DNA from: Trichinella spiralis
Taxonomy: Eukaryota
Length of the DNA stretch: 64,000 nucleotides
NCBI RefSeq assembly: GCF_000181795.1
Contig: NW_003526941.1
Span: 4,684,425-4,748,424 of the forward strand
Direction: 5' to 3'
Made by a program: the position numbers and the translations under genes. Positions 13,806-26,271 of this stretch are shown here, in pieces; positions within the stretch are counted from its first letter, which is position 1; every line of letters starts with the position of its first letter. Under the pieces are notes generated by a model that was not told the origin of the DNA, did no database searches, and saw only the letters and a program-made list of their open reading frames with translations.

Positions 13806-16800
13806 TCATTCTTTCGAAAAAGAAGACCTAGAGAAAAAAAGAAAAGTTATGATGATGACGATGATTAAAAAAAAAGTGAACTATTTAATTAACGACTGTC
13901 ATACCCTATATCTTTGCAACCACCTCCGCTTAAGTAAATATAAGGAGTCTGCAGTCGTCGCTGCTTGTGAATCTGCTTTTCCAAAGTGCCCAACGGTGTA
14001 TCCGTAGAGCTCATTTCATTCATCAGCTAAAATTTGAAACAAAGTACTGCTCACCTACAGCCCCACTGCTGCTGATTAAAGAGCATGTATAAATATATAA
14101 AATACGCTGCTTACCTCCGTTTCCATAATCTTCTTCATGCGTTTTTCAACTTTCTTCTTGCCAGGCGCTTTGCCGTGGAATTTCCAAGATAAATATCTGA
14201 AAGCATCCTTCGCATCCATCAATCGACCATGCTCGTCTGCGTATTCCAATTTTACGTTCGGAACGTAATTTTTCTTTTCTTTGAAATCGACTATCGGTCC
14301 ACCATGACCACTTCCACCCATCCGTTCCAACTTTTTCGCATATTTATCATCAATATCACTAAAAATTAAAATTGACCGTGAAACATATAATTCACCACAA
14401 ACCGCTTGCTCACTTGAATTGTTTGTCTAAAATGGTGTAACGTTTCGCTTTCAAATGTTGCAACTGCGCATCCTGGTCAAAGCCTTTCTTATCCTTGTCC
14501 AAATAGCCTTTGCGGAAAGCGAGTTGCAATGCCGCCGCAACACTGCGTCTAGCTTCAGGCTCTTCTTCCAAAATTGGTTTCACATCCAGCTGTTCTCTTT
14601 TCTTTTTTTTCACCGAAATCAAATGCAAATAAAATAACCGAACAATGAATACAGACAGACCCATCCATACATACCACATCATCGCCGTCCGAAGAACCTG
14701 ATTCGGATTGCTCTTCTTGGGTCAAATCTTTCATTACCCAGTTGCTTTCTTCTCCGACATTTTCAGTTTTGACAATTTTATTTTTCACCAAATCCAAGCT
14801 AACCAATTCCCGGGAATCACGATTGCCTGAACGTCCATAAGTTGGAATTTCGCCTAAACCACGACAATATTCGGATACTGAGTCAAAAATTATTCCAGAA
14901 GTGCCAGGCTGCATCTGTTGTGAATCTGCATCACTTTCCGTCATAGTATTATTTTTCAGTGCACTGACAACCTGCAAATAGAGGAAATTATGCAGAACAA
15001 TTTCGTTGAATTTCGCACGCTAATTGTTGAATTGCACAGCTTCCACTGGAGAGACCTTTTCAGCACCGAATTTGAAGCTTTGTTGCATGTTTTCGGCTAA
15101 TTTTGCTTTTCTTGCACGATTCAAAATTGCGTTGAACTCTTCCTCAGCTTCATCTTCAATTACAACATTCTCCAATGACAATTCGGTGCCTGAAACGATT
15201 TTATTTTTTACAATAAATATCAATCAAGTAGAGTGTGATAAAATAATTTACCAGTTCCAATCGGCTTCTTCAACAAGTCGTTCTTCAGTGATGCAAGACG
15301 ATTCATCTCTTGCTTATCTGTTGGTGCTTCCAGTTTAATTTCTTCACCTTTCAAACTGTTCTCATTATCCAATTCATAATTTTCCTTCGTTCTACCTTTG
15401 CCACGTCCTCTTAAATACCGACAATGATAAGTTAGCCAACAGATAATGATAATAAAATAAACTACAATCATTAAATGGCAAGCTGAAAATGATCAATTGT
15501 CACCGATTTTAGCTTACCTGCTTCCATAGTCTTCATCAATTTGTCGTTCGGATTTCAAAAATAAATCTTCGAAAGTTTCAGTATTGGTTTTGCGTTGCTT
15601 TTTGACACGTTTGCGTGGCTTTTTGAATTTCGCCATCTCTTCGGTCGTGTAATATTCGCGAGCAATTTCTAGCGGAGCCGAATTCAACGACTGCACACCC
15701 TCACGTAACTGTTTGCTCAACTCTCGCAAAGCGGCTTCTTTGGAAACATCCACAGCACCATCTTGACCTGTGTTGTAAATTCCAAATACAAAATTGCTGT
15801 TCATTTTGCATTTATCAAATCAACATTCCAAAATCCAAACTGCTTACCCAATTTAAATGATTCCTTTTTAATACCAACAATCTCGTCGTCATACTTTTTC
15901 AACAGCACCTTCTCTTTCAACTAGACAAAAATTACAAATCCATCATCAATGCTCACAACAACAACAAACTTCCCTTTACCATTCCAAATTCATCCACTTC
16001 TTCTTCAAATGGATCATAATCTGGCTTTTTCTTTCTATTTTCAACGTTCCTCTTCCACTGTTGCTGTTCAACCAACGTTGGATTGATCAACACATCTTCA
16101 CTATCGTCCAAAACATCTATTCAATCAAACAATTGAAACTTAACAATCTAATTAAAATCACAGAAAAAGAAAACAAAAGTAACAACACTTTTTCATACCT
16201 TTGTCTTGCAAAACTAAAACTGTTTCTCTTCCTTCTAAAAATTCATCTTTCGCATGAAGAACCGTAAATCCGCTCAAATCTTTAGAGGAATATTGCTGAA
16301 AAAATAAACAGCGAAACAAAACATCGTACTCGTACAGAAAAGAAACGATTCGATCACAAAATTACAGTATGCCTTGGCAGCGCGTGCTTCTTATGGTCAA
16401 GTTCTTGAATCAACTCATTGTCCATTTCTTCCAGCTGTTTTGCCTGGTGAAAAGAGAAGCGAAACTTACCAAAAAATATTTAACAAAATAAAAAAATTAA
16501 ATTTTCCACTTACCTTCATCTCAGCTAACTGACGTTCCTGTTCCAATGTTCGGCTTTTCTGAACCCAAGCCAAAGCAGACTCTTCTTCATCTTCTCCACT
16601 ATCGGATTCCGCAAGCAATTTCACATTCCTACATTGCAACGTCATTCAAATTATGCCACATTTCAAGTAACAATAAGAACAAACTGTCTTACAATAATCT
16701 GTCGTGAAGCAAACGACGCTCTTTTTGCACCTGGAGCTTCTCCTTGAACGAATCTTGTGCCTTCTTTTCCGTCACGTTCAATGCCGGGCGATGGACAAAT

Positions 16801-17370
16801 TCTTTTCCATCAACCGAGACAACTTCTTAAAATAAAAAGAAAATATTCATCATCTGAAACTAAAATGGAAAAAAAAAATAATGCAACACACTTTCCACTA
16901 CGGTGGTTCCGTCGTCGGCGATCACTGTTCGTTCTTCTTCTTTCGTTTCTTCCATCTTCAACGGTGCTAGACCCAACTTTTCTCTCAGCTTGCTATATAA
17001 AATTACACATTTCCGAATTGTGATATTGCAAAATTTCTCTCTAATTATCTCATCAACACAATAAATACTTGGTTTCTTCAACGCTCATAGAAATTTCCGC
17101 TGACGCATCTTCTTCCATTCTGACAAGCTCATCTGAGACAAAATCTGATTCTTTATTTTTTGCTTCAATTGTTCTTTTGTTGAGCTTCTCAGAATCATCG
17201 AATGTCGATTCAATCTTGTCATCGTCATTGGGCTGCACAGGTTTTTTCACATTTTTACCCTTTGTACCACTTTTCTTCAACCGTTTCTTGCCCCCTTCCG
17301 CTTCTCGATCCGAGCTAGATTTGGATCGTTTTCGTTTAGCTTTATTTTCGTGTTTGGTTTTCGATTTCAT
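13806..17370 (-). CDS. SART1: U4/U6.U5 tri-snRNP-associated protein 1 (SART1/Snu66), multi-exon
   Basis: HIND motif [79 protein letters not shown]. Last mini-exon ends TGA at 13806. Confidence 0.93.
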
Positions 17371-18342
17371 TGATCACTGACAAATCTGATAATGGAAAAA
17401 AATAAAATTAATTTTCATATAATGAGAAAAATAAAAAAAACAATAATACAACTGTAATAATTTGAACATGAACTACTTTGATTACTCAAATTAAATTTAC
17501 ATCGAACTACATATGTTGCTCAATGAAAACAACAGAGTTCATAAAATCGTGCATCAGTATTATTAGACATGCATTTGACTCAATTTGAACGTTTCTGCCT
17601 ATTATAAAATACATTCAATCGATAAAATAATATTCGTCTTAATCAGTATATCTAAACTGCACACTCAGAATGGTTCTCAGTTTGAACATACTTCCAAGTC
17701 AAACAATTCTAAGCAAAGTACAATACACACAATACAAAACCAATAATAAGAAAATAATCAGTCAAAATAAGCAAGTATTTTTTGAAGTTTGAACTTTTAA
17801 ACAACAACAAAAATTCTCTTACCTTGACTTGAAAAGACGACGAAACCAAATTGAGATTGTAAATCACAATTTTGGGTTTCACCATATCATACTGTAAGTA
17901 GATAAATGCAAGTTCAATATTACAGTAGTACAAATGTTATGCAGTTGATCGTTGAAGTGTTTGAAGAACCAAGATGGCGAGTTTGTTACTTTTCAATGAA
18001 ATAAATATTAAACAAATCAAATAGCTGTTGATTGTTTAAGCTTATCAATTGCGGTCCACTTTTACACTTCCTTAATTCGTAACAGTTTACTGACAAACAT
18101 GAAGCAACACTACTCACAAATATTAAATTCTAATACAAAATAAATAATAAACTGTTCGAATATTTGACCAAAGATAAAAATTTCCTTCTTCAATACTGCG
18201 AACTATTCAGACAGTGACGTAAAAATCGAAAGACATGCGCAAGCACATACTTCGTAATGCGAAATAAACGTGTGCATTATTATTAAGTAGAAAAATCTGC
18301 AGGCGAAAGATGATGATTCTTTATTATTATTATTATTATTGT

Positions 18343-19073
18343 CTATTCAATAAAATATTCATTTTTCATCCAACCTAATGACTTCAAAGTTTTGCTGATT
18401 TGTTGAATAAGTTGCAACAGATTCCGACGTTCGCCAACCGATGACGACCTATTCAACTCTTCTGCAACATCAACCATCTCACGCATCAAGCATGAACGTA
18501 CTTTTTCCAAACCGTAGGATACTGGTTGATACTTATATTGCAAACTGATACTTTTGACCGGCTGCAACTTCTCTTCCGCTGGTTTTGCTTCAGCTTCCAC
18601 TTGTGCAGGTTCACTTTTCGCTGCTTCATTTTCTTCAGTATCCATTACCGGGCAACAGACGCATAATATTTTCTTGTTTCGATCTTGAAGTAAAACTCCC
18701 TTAAGTTAGAAGAAGAAATGTATAATTATCATTTGACAAAAGTTGAAAGATAAAAAAACAGTTATCGATCACAACGGTCGAATTATTATTACCCCGCAGG
18801 TTTTGCAATAATCATCAAGCATACAATAACCTCGAAGCATATGATCGGCTATTGCCTTCACTGCGGCGTCTCTATCCATCGGCGTAGAGTGCGACATTGT
18901 TCCAATTGTTTTTTCAAAAGCGTAGCACAGAAACTCGAATCCAATACTTCTTTGTTTGCAACAGCGGTCACGCGGTCCTGTAAAACATTACTATTAAATT
19001 ACGGTAGCTGTCATTACTGTAATGTATTGAATAAATTTCAATAAATACCATTGGATTTTGATGAATTTATCAT
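18343..19073 (-). CDS. ZNRD2: ZNRD2/SSSCA1-like zinc-ribbon protein (start at 19073 via intron 19048-18978, or internal ATG 18897)
   Basis: Spliced AIADHMLRGYCMLDDYCKTCG|GVLLQDRNKKILCVCC resembles the SSSCA1 zinc ribbon; C-terminal AEELNRSSSV..ISKTLKSL helix also fits. Start codon uncertain. Confidence 0.8.
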
Positions 19074-19671
19074 TTATTGTTTCAAACATCTATAAAATAA
19101 AATTTTCTTTTGCTTTACAATATCGTCATAGGGCGAAAGTTCAGCCAATCTGAAAACATTATTTATGAATAATAAAAAAAGGCTTCTTATTTGATTATTT
19201 TTATTACTATTGATAACACAATTGAATTATAAAGAGGAAGCGAATTTTTACACTGAACAACAAACTCTTCTTGACTTTTTCTCTCAATATTCGCAGACTA
19301 CCATCCTACTGTATCTGTCACTATCAGATGTTATAGGAAGGAAAAGAGAACATCTGGCATGAAACGATTGTCTAATCAACAATTGTAGGCGTTTAGTTTA
19401 CCGATTTTGAATAGAATTTGAGAGAAAAAAATAAAAAAGAAAAGAAAAGTCAAGAAACATCCACCACAGCACAGCCATTTGTTTGTATGTTAATGCACCG
19501 AATAAATTGGAAATATTTGCAATACAAGAAATTAGGAAAATTCAAACAAACGAATAAAATACCGAACAGAAATTAAGAAAATAAAAAAAACAGAAGAACA
19601 ATGTTCTTTTTTTCAAATGCAATTCAAAAAAGAAAAAAGAGAGACATTTTTATTTCCGTCAGTGAAGATTA

Positions 19672-19674
<3 letters not shown>

Positions 19675-19706
<32 letters not shown>
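19675..19706. repeat. (TA)n microsatellite
   Basis: Direct inspection. Confidence 0.95.
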
Positions 19707-19708
<2 letters not shown>

Positions 19709-20394
19709 AATGTTGAACCTCGATGCACACAATGATAACGGTGGAAAAAAAGCAGCCAGTCAGTGAAATTTGAATTGTCTAATTGTTGTGATCTGTTTTT
19801 CTGTTGTTCTCGTTCAATCAAATCCATAAACAAAGAACAACAATTTCACATGATGAAGCATTTGAATGAGCAAAATAATCAAACACAGCAATCTCAGAAA
19901 GAGGAAGCGGAGAAACAAGCGAACAAAAAAAAAGTAAAATAAGAAGAGGAAGAGGAAGAAGAGCACAATTTAAGCAGAAGATGAAGCATTCATTGTTGAA
20001 TCAGTTAATGTTGGAAGAAAAATCGGATCAGCAAAAAAAAAACAGACACGTAAAAAAAAGAGCACGCGAGTAGGCAGGCTAAGGCAGAATTGAAAGTACA
20101 CTTTTCGAACAACTGATAAGAAAAATTTTTTGCAAGCATACAGATGCACTGATTTAAATCCAGTTGTTTAGTGTGAAAGAGGAACAATAATGCGCATGTC
20201 AAAACAGCTTGACATGCAGCAAGCCCTGCCATGCCAGAAAACGAAAACAAACACCAGAGTATAAAAATGAAAAATAACAAACCGTTTCTTTTACAAACGA
20301 AGAAACTCCATGAACAAAAAAAAATGAACTTTGCATATAAATAAATATATGTGTGAGAAAATGAAAAATGTTGAACCGTTGCCGGGTTGATGGA

Positions 20395-21651
20395 TTAGCT
20401 GAGCAATTTGGCGAAACATCTGTGACAATAGGGCTTGTTTTCGTGTTCTTTGAACGTGCCTTTGGTGAGCTGTTTCAAGCAGAAGGAACAGATGAAATGT
20501 TCGGGATGGAATTTCTGCCCCATGGCGGTGACGCACCGTCCGCTGATCGGCTTGTGACAACCGGAACAAAGCGAACCCCGTTTTTCGTGGTAGTGGGTTT
20601 CACAGTAGGGTTCGCCGAGATGCTCGAAAAATGAACCACCGACGAACGGCTGTTTGCAGTCGTGACAGGCAAAACAGTGGGGATGCCAGTGGGCGTTCAA
20701 AGCGGTGATGTAGTTGTTCATCAGCGGTTGTTGGCAAGCTTGGCAACGCAAAGCGAAATATGCGAAATAATCTTGGCGGCAAAACGGCCGACCGTTGTTC
20801 ACGTGAAAACCTTCTTCGCCGAACTGCTTACCGCACTGGGCGCAGAAGAAGTGCTCCGGATGCCAGGTACGGTCCATGGCCGTGATGCACTTGTCCTTGA
20901 TTGGACCGTTGCAATAGGCGCAACGAGGCGAAAACAGTCGGTGGTAGTCGTTTTCGCAATAAGCGTTGCAGGCGCGCTCGTAGAAATTCTGCCTGCCCAG
21001 CTCTTGGCCGCAGTGGGCGCAGACAAAGTGCTCCGGATGCCACATTTTGCCCAAAGCGATCACCACCTGACCGACGATCGGCTTGCGACAAAACGCGCAG
21101 TCCCCTTTGGGGATATTACCGATGCCGTGCTTGAGGAACTGCTCCGAATCGTCGGACTGCTTGTTGTCGGCTTGATTATCATTAGCACGACGATCACCGT
21201 CACCGTCACCGTCAATGTCGCCGTCACCGTCACCATCATCGTCACCATCAGCATCGAATCCGTCCCGTTGAAGTTGGTGCGAAGAGGAGGAGACTGTGAA
21301 ATCAGACAACGACGCCATCAAATTTTCCAAATCTCGAGCCGCGGCCGAGACACTGTTCTGCTGCTGCTGCTTGTCGGCGTCGGCAACGACCACATCCAAT
21401 TCGCCCAACAAACTGTCCACCCTGGGCCGACCGTTCTGGCCCCGCAGCCTGCGCTGCTGACTGTACTCGTCGAGCAATTGTTCCACATCCTGCAAACCGA
21501 CATCGTCCGAACTAGCCGACTGACCAGTGTCGCAGTTGATCATATTGGACTGGAGCGACGCCATATTGGTGTTCATCTGCTTCTGCTTTTTCTGCTTCAA
21601 CGCCGAAGTCGTTCTTTGCAAATCTGTCAACAGCTCCTCGAGCTCTTCCAT
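20395..21651 (-). CDS. PXN: Paxillin (LD motifs + 4 LIM domains), single coding exon
   Basis: N-terminal [11 protein letters not shown] (LD1), VDSLLGELD and [14 protein letters not shown] (LD4-like); four LIM domains with WHPEHF signatures. ATG at 21651. Confidence 0.93.
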   Translation of the reverse strand: MEELEELLTDLQRTTSALKQKKQKQMNTNMASLQSNMINCDTGQSASSDDVGLQDVEQLLDEYSQQRRLRGQNGRPRVDSLLGELDVVVADADKQQQQNSVSAAARDLENLMASLSDFTVSSSSHQLQRDGFDADGDDDGDGDGDIDGDGDGDRRANDNQADNKQSDDSEQFLKHGIGNIPKGDCAFCRKPIVGQVVIALGKMWHPEHFVCAHCGQELGRQNFYERACNAYCENDYHRLFSPRCAYCNGPIKDKCITAMDRTWHPEHFFCAQCGKQFGEEGFHVNNGRPFCRQDYFAYFALRCQACQQPLMNNYITALNAHWHPHCFACHDCKQPFVGGSFFEHLGEPYCETHYHEKRGSLCSGCHKPISGRCVTAMGQKFHPEHFICSFCLKQLTKGTFKEHENKPYCHRCFAKLLS

Positions 21652-23711
21652 CTCGTCTGACACGTCGAAAGTTATTTGTCAACGTTCGGTTGGAGAACAA
21701 TAAATGACAAGATGCAACGGCGCAAGCAAAACCCGTTGCAAGGCAAGTGAAAATTTTTTCCACCAACGTCGTCGCTACAAAGACAAGAAAACGGCGCTCG
21801 ATGGCAGCAAGTTCCGCCACCGTGTCGAACGCATCAAAACAGACGACATTCTTCACATGCCGGACAAAACGCAAACACGCTCATACCGGCCCAGCATCTC
21901 TCTCACAACATGTCGCCATAACGCACGACATACAGTAAATATAAACTATAATGATTGTCAAGTACAACCTATATTGGAATATCGTAATTCATTAATAAAA
22001 CTAAATGTGCTTTTTCTTTAAAATATTATCGACAATTCCATACGGTGTTAATAATATTGAAAATTACATTTCATTTATAAATCATGAGGACGAAAAATTA
22101 CAAAATAGTCACAAAACAGCTCGAGTTTTGCAACTCTCATTGCTTGCTCGATTAACCGTTGTGTTGAAATGTGATGCGTGAAATTTGAATATCATACTAC
22201 ACTGAAGACAGTAAAGAACCGTTTTTACTGATGACTGATTACTGTACAAATGATTGAAAATAAGGTTTTACATATGGATATTGATGAATAGCCTAGGAAA
22301 AATTGTTTGACTTGACAATACCTTTATCTACATTGTAGTACATTACTTCTTTACGGTGATGATCTGTGTCGTTATTGTTTTTTTTTCAGTTTAAATCAAC
22401 GCTGTTGTCGCACATCGTTCTAAAAGCACAAAATAAGACCCGTGTACCACAAAATGGATGTCCATTTTGAAAAATGTTCAATGAATCTTCAGAAACTCAT
22501 CAAATCAATAGAAGAAATGCCAAACTGAGCACAGGTATTTGATCGATTGACATTCCTACTGAAGAAAATTTCACCTGAAAATGTGAATAGGGAACAAAAA
22601 TTTGGAATAAATTGAAAAAAACAAACAAACAAAATACACATCTACGTGAGTGTTATTCTGATAAAAAATAACAACGTTTGTGCCCCAAAATAACGTTTCT
22701 TCCTGTTGATCAAATCTGTGCTCATCGCTCACCTTCGACGAAATAATTAGTTGCGTGCAATTAGTGAAAGCAACAAAGAAAAAAGCAAAGAAAGGAAAGA
22801 CAATTCCGGAACAATCAATATGCAGTTGGAAGCTTGAAAAGCGAGCTGGACAGACATCAATGAATTCAAAGTCGTCGAACGGATAAGAAAGAAATCAATG
22901 GCTGAAGCAGTGGAACTGTGGCCAACGTCAACTGAAACAGGTCAACACTGTTGTTCTACGCTTGTATGGAGATGAACAATGGGCAGCGAACGATATTGAA
23001 TGAACACAAGAGCTGCATGGACTTCGATCGTCACACCACCAGACATCTGGTCCGGCGGCCTGGTCACATCATCATATCTGGACGTGCTTTAGCCAAAGCT
23101 GAGCTTTAATATAATCGGAAACCGATCGCAATCAACACCACAACAACCGCAACCGCCGACGACGATTGTTTACTCCATTTGTGTTCAATAATATATAAAT
23201 AATATGAACACTTTGAATATAAAAATAAAGAAATTATCGAAAACTGAATACACACACGCAACTGTAAAGTGAAACCAAACAGAAAAGTGAGTTTGAAACT
23301 GAAAAATTACAATTTCATATTAAAATATTAAAAAATCAGTTCAAATTTAAAAAAGAAATTAAACTCACCTCGTCAAGCATATCACATTTATTATTAGTGA
23401 TAAGTGCAAGAATAGCGGACGACGAATTCAACTAAAGATAAAAAAAAGGATTCCATTCCAATAACAAGCGATTTCAAAATACAAACAAAGAACAGCACAA
23501 TTTGATAAAATAATAAATATATGATGATGAAAAAAATTTCACGAGTATATGAATTATTACTCTTTTTTTTCGTATTCGTAAAACAGCGAGCGCACAGCGC
23601 TTGGATAAAAATTAATATTCAAGCTAAACGCGGCGATACTGGAGCATTTTCATCATTGTCAGAGTTTGTTGCTTCGATTTGGGTAGAGAATAAAATCCGA
23701 ACAGAACAGAT

Positions 23712-23744
23712 TAGAATAGAATAGAATAGAATAGAATAGAATAG
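23712..23744. repeat. (TAGAA)n pentanucleotide repeat
   Basis: Direct inspection. Confidence 0.9.
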
Positions 23745-23846
23745 CAAAATAAAATTACAGTAATCTTCCAGAGAAGTCTTTTTTTACATCCACCAAATGC
23801 CTGCCTGATGAAATGAAGCCAAAATGTTGGGCCAACTAGCTAGTTG

Positions 23847-24410
23847 TTAAGGCAAAAAGTGCGTGCCACAACAGGAACGCCCTTTGCGACAAATTGCCAG
23901 CCCAATGCATACACCGAACAAAAAAGACAACACATTGCCCAGAATGTAGACTGACAATACCTCAAGTGAGAACCAGTCGTGACGAACAAAGCGCGAATGA
24001 CGCAAACTGAACCACGGCTTGCTCTGGTCGCTTGTTTCCACTTCAGACGAGCCGAATGGACTGTTTGGCGGTGTGCGCACGATTGTACCACTTCTCCTGT
24101 ACTGCAACGGCGGCACCACCTCGGGACGGCTGCTCCAGTCGGACAGCCAAGCGCTTTTCCCACCCTGGATATTGCTGAATTGACGACAAAGTTGGAACTT
24201 CACCCGTTCCAAATCACCGTCGAACTGCAACACTGGACTCGTCTGACCACCAGGTGGAGTGTACTTGTGAGGCGAGCCGTGGGCGCCGCTAGGGTCTGTC
24301 AAGAAGGTGATGCTGCTGCCGCACTCGCTGTCGTGCGAAAGTTCAACCCAACTGTCCGCGTCGGCGACGTCCATTTCGTTCACCACGATCGTTCCTCTTG
24401 GTGAGCTCAT
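23847..24410 (-). CDS. BNIP3: BNIP3/NIX-family mitophagy receptor (dct-1-like), single coding exon
   Basis: LIR motif DSWVEL, conserved WLSDWSSRPE..PP block, C-terminal transmembrane helix with GxxxG (FGVCIG). Confidence 0.88.
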   Translation of the reverse strand: MSSPRGTIVVNEMDVADADSWVELSHDSECGSSITFLTDPSGAHGSPHKYTPPGGQTSPVLQFDGDLERVKFQLCRQFSNIQGGKSAWLSDWSSRPEVVPPLQYRRSGTIVRTPPNSPFGSSEVETSDQSKPWFSLRHSRFVRHDWFSLEVLSVYILGNVLSFLFGVCIGLAICRKGRSCCGTHFLP

Positions 24411-25070
24411 CTTTGTTCAATAAATGATAAAAAAACTTAATATTAATACCAACTGAACAAGTTAATAAACAGCAAATATGACAGCTTTTTTCAACTTTAT
24501 GTCAAGCAACAAACAAGTGCAGCAGTAAGTGCAGAACGAACACAGCTACCGCCGACAATATCCCCAAGAGGAGTGGTGCTTTTGGGGAGTGGGTGGGGGC
24601 GGGCGCGCCAAAGCTAATCGCACAGAAAGACAAACTACGCGCACAACAAACACAAACACACACGCACAAACTCCAATTGAGCTACACTGACAGTTCCACA
24701 ACGAACATCCAACAGCACACAACAGACGAACAATCACGTGACTACCGTATATTGACAAGTAGGTAAACTTAAGTCGACTGTGGTTGTTTATAGAGGTTCA
24801 TTTTGGAAATGAGGAATTAAATGCAGCTTTAAGCTGCGCAACAGCTGCCACTGTTTCCAGTACACTTCAATAGGCACGTGCTGCGACAACAACAACAACA
24901 ACTCAGTGTTTGGTGAAAAAAATATAAATAAATAAAAATCTTGTCCAAACACAAATAAGCTGTCAATTTTAAAATGGGAATCGAATAAAACAGATCGACT
25001 GATTTCAAAGCGAAATATTCGTGTCATTGTTCTTTTTTTCCTCTTAAGCACAAACGTCTAGACGTATTAA

Positions 25071-25570
25071 CTATTGCAATATGCGGTCTGTTTGAAACTG
25101 AAACTCTTTGTCCGGATTCTTCGAAACAGTATAAAAACCACCGGCTAGTTTTAAAATGGACTTGCCATCATTCGCATAAAGAACCATAATCTTTTGCACA
25201 ACTGACACTATATTTTGTTATAAATATCTAAATTCTCTTCCACCACATGCTGACATTGACTGAACGAACACCGTCATCAGAGTTTTTGGAATTTTGGAAA
25301 CAGAACAACCGATTGCTTTGGGCAAATGATACATAAAATCATGCTCGTTCAAGTTTGAACAAGTTTTTTCAACGTGCTCGTCCGGCCCAGTTAAATTTAA
25401 TTTAAACAGCACCATAAAGAACCCTCTCCGCAGCTGACCTTGCAAATAACACGTCTAGCAATAAAATGCAAACTTTCTTCTTGAAATTTCACTTCTGACC
25501 AATCATCGTTGACCATACCATCAACTGGCAAGAGGAGGAGGAGGATGATGATGACAACGATTTCATTTTC
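25071..25570 (-). CDS. Possible small orphan multi-exon gene (structure unresolved)
   Basis: Protein-like open segments IVVIIILLLLLPVDG (hydrophobic), ORF 25218..25445, and a terminal segment after CAG: VVQKIMVLYANDGKSILKLAGGFYTVSKNPDKEFQFQTDRILQ*. No recognised family. Confidence 0.25.
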
Positions 25571-26271
25571 TCCACTTATTTTAAGCGTAAGTGGATTCTG
25601 CTATTTCAATTCACTGAATCATTAAATTCAACCGCAGCTTGAAACTTCACTTCACACTAACAGCTGCAATAAAATGTCCTTAACTTTTCCTGTTGCTTAA
25701 AAAACTACTCAGACAAGGAAAAGTTTTTCTTCTCCCTTCAAATTTTGGTGTTTCATTTTTACCATAATACATATTCATAAAACGAAAGATTCATTTTTCT
25801 ACAACTCAAAATTTCCTCAACATCCACTTCCGCTAAAACAACAAAAACAACACCTCAAACAAACACTGTGACGTACGCTGCAACAATTATCTCCTTCATC
25901 ACAGATAATTTTGAAAAAGAAAGAACTGGTGAGAAGCAGTTTTCTTAACCAAAAAAGTACATAATAAACGAAAATGATCAACTTATAATTATAATAATCA
26001 CCTTCATCAATGGAAATTCTTAGCTGCAGCAACAACAATAAAAAAATATAGATTCCGCTCATTACCAACTGAATGCATCCCCTCTAGCTGGACCATCATC
26101 ATCTTCAGCATGACTTTGGATAAAGTGAAAGAGAGAAATTTCAAAGCATCCAAAATCCTGCTACTAAAAGCTGAACCATTACTGCCATTTACTGTTAATA
26201 AAAAATACTCACTTTTTTCAAGATATATTTTAATGAAAACTGACAAACTGAAAAAAGCATCAGTTTGTTCA

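Noticed and set aside
17640..17890. Spliced minus-strand mini-ORF MVKPKIVIYNLNLVSSSFQVK, briefly considered SH3BGR-like
   Set aside because: The next exon stops after ~18 aa with no similarity; more likely UTR or noise.
20662..21660. 332-aa + strand ORF
   Set aside because: Antisense shadow of the GC-rich paxillin CDS; no motifs of its own.
22300..23400. Moderately GC-rich region with splice-like signals between paxillin and BNIP3
   Set aside because: The frames I checked are closed; probably UTR or regulatory sequence.
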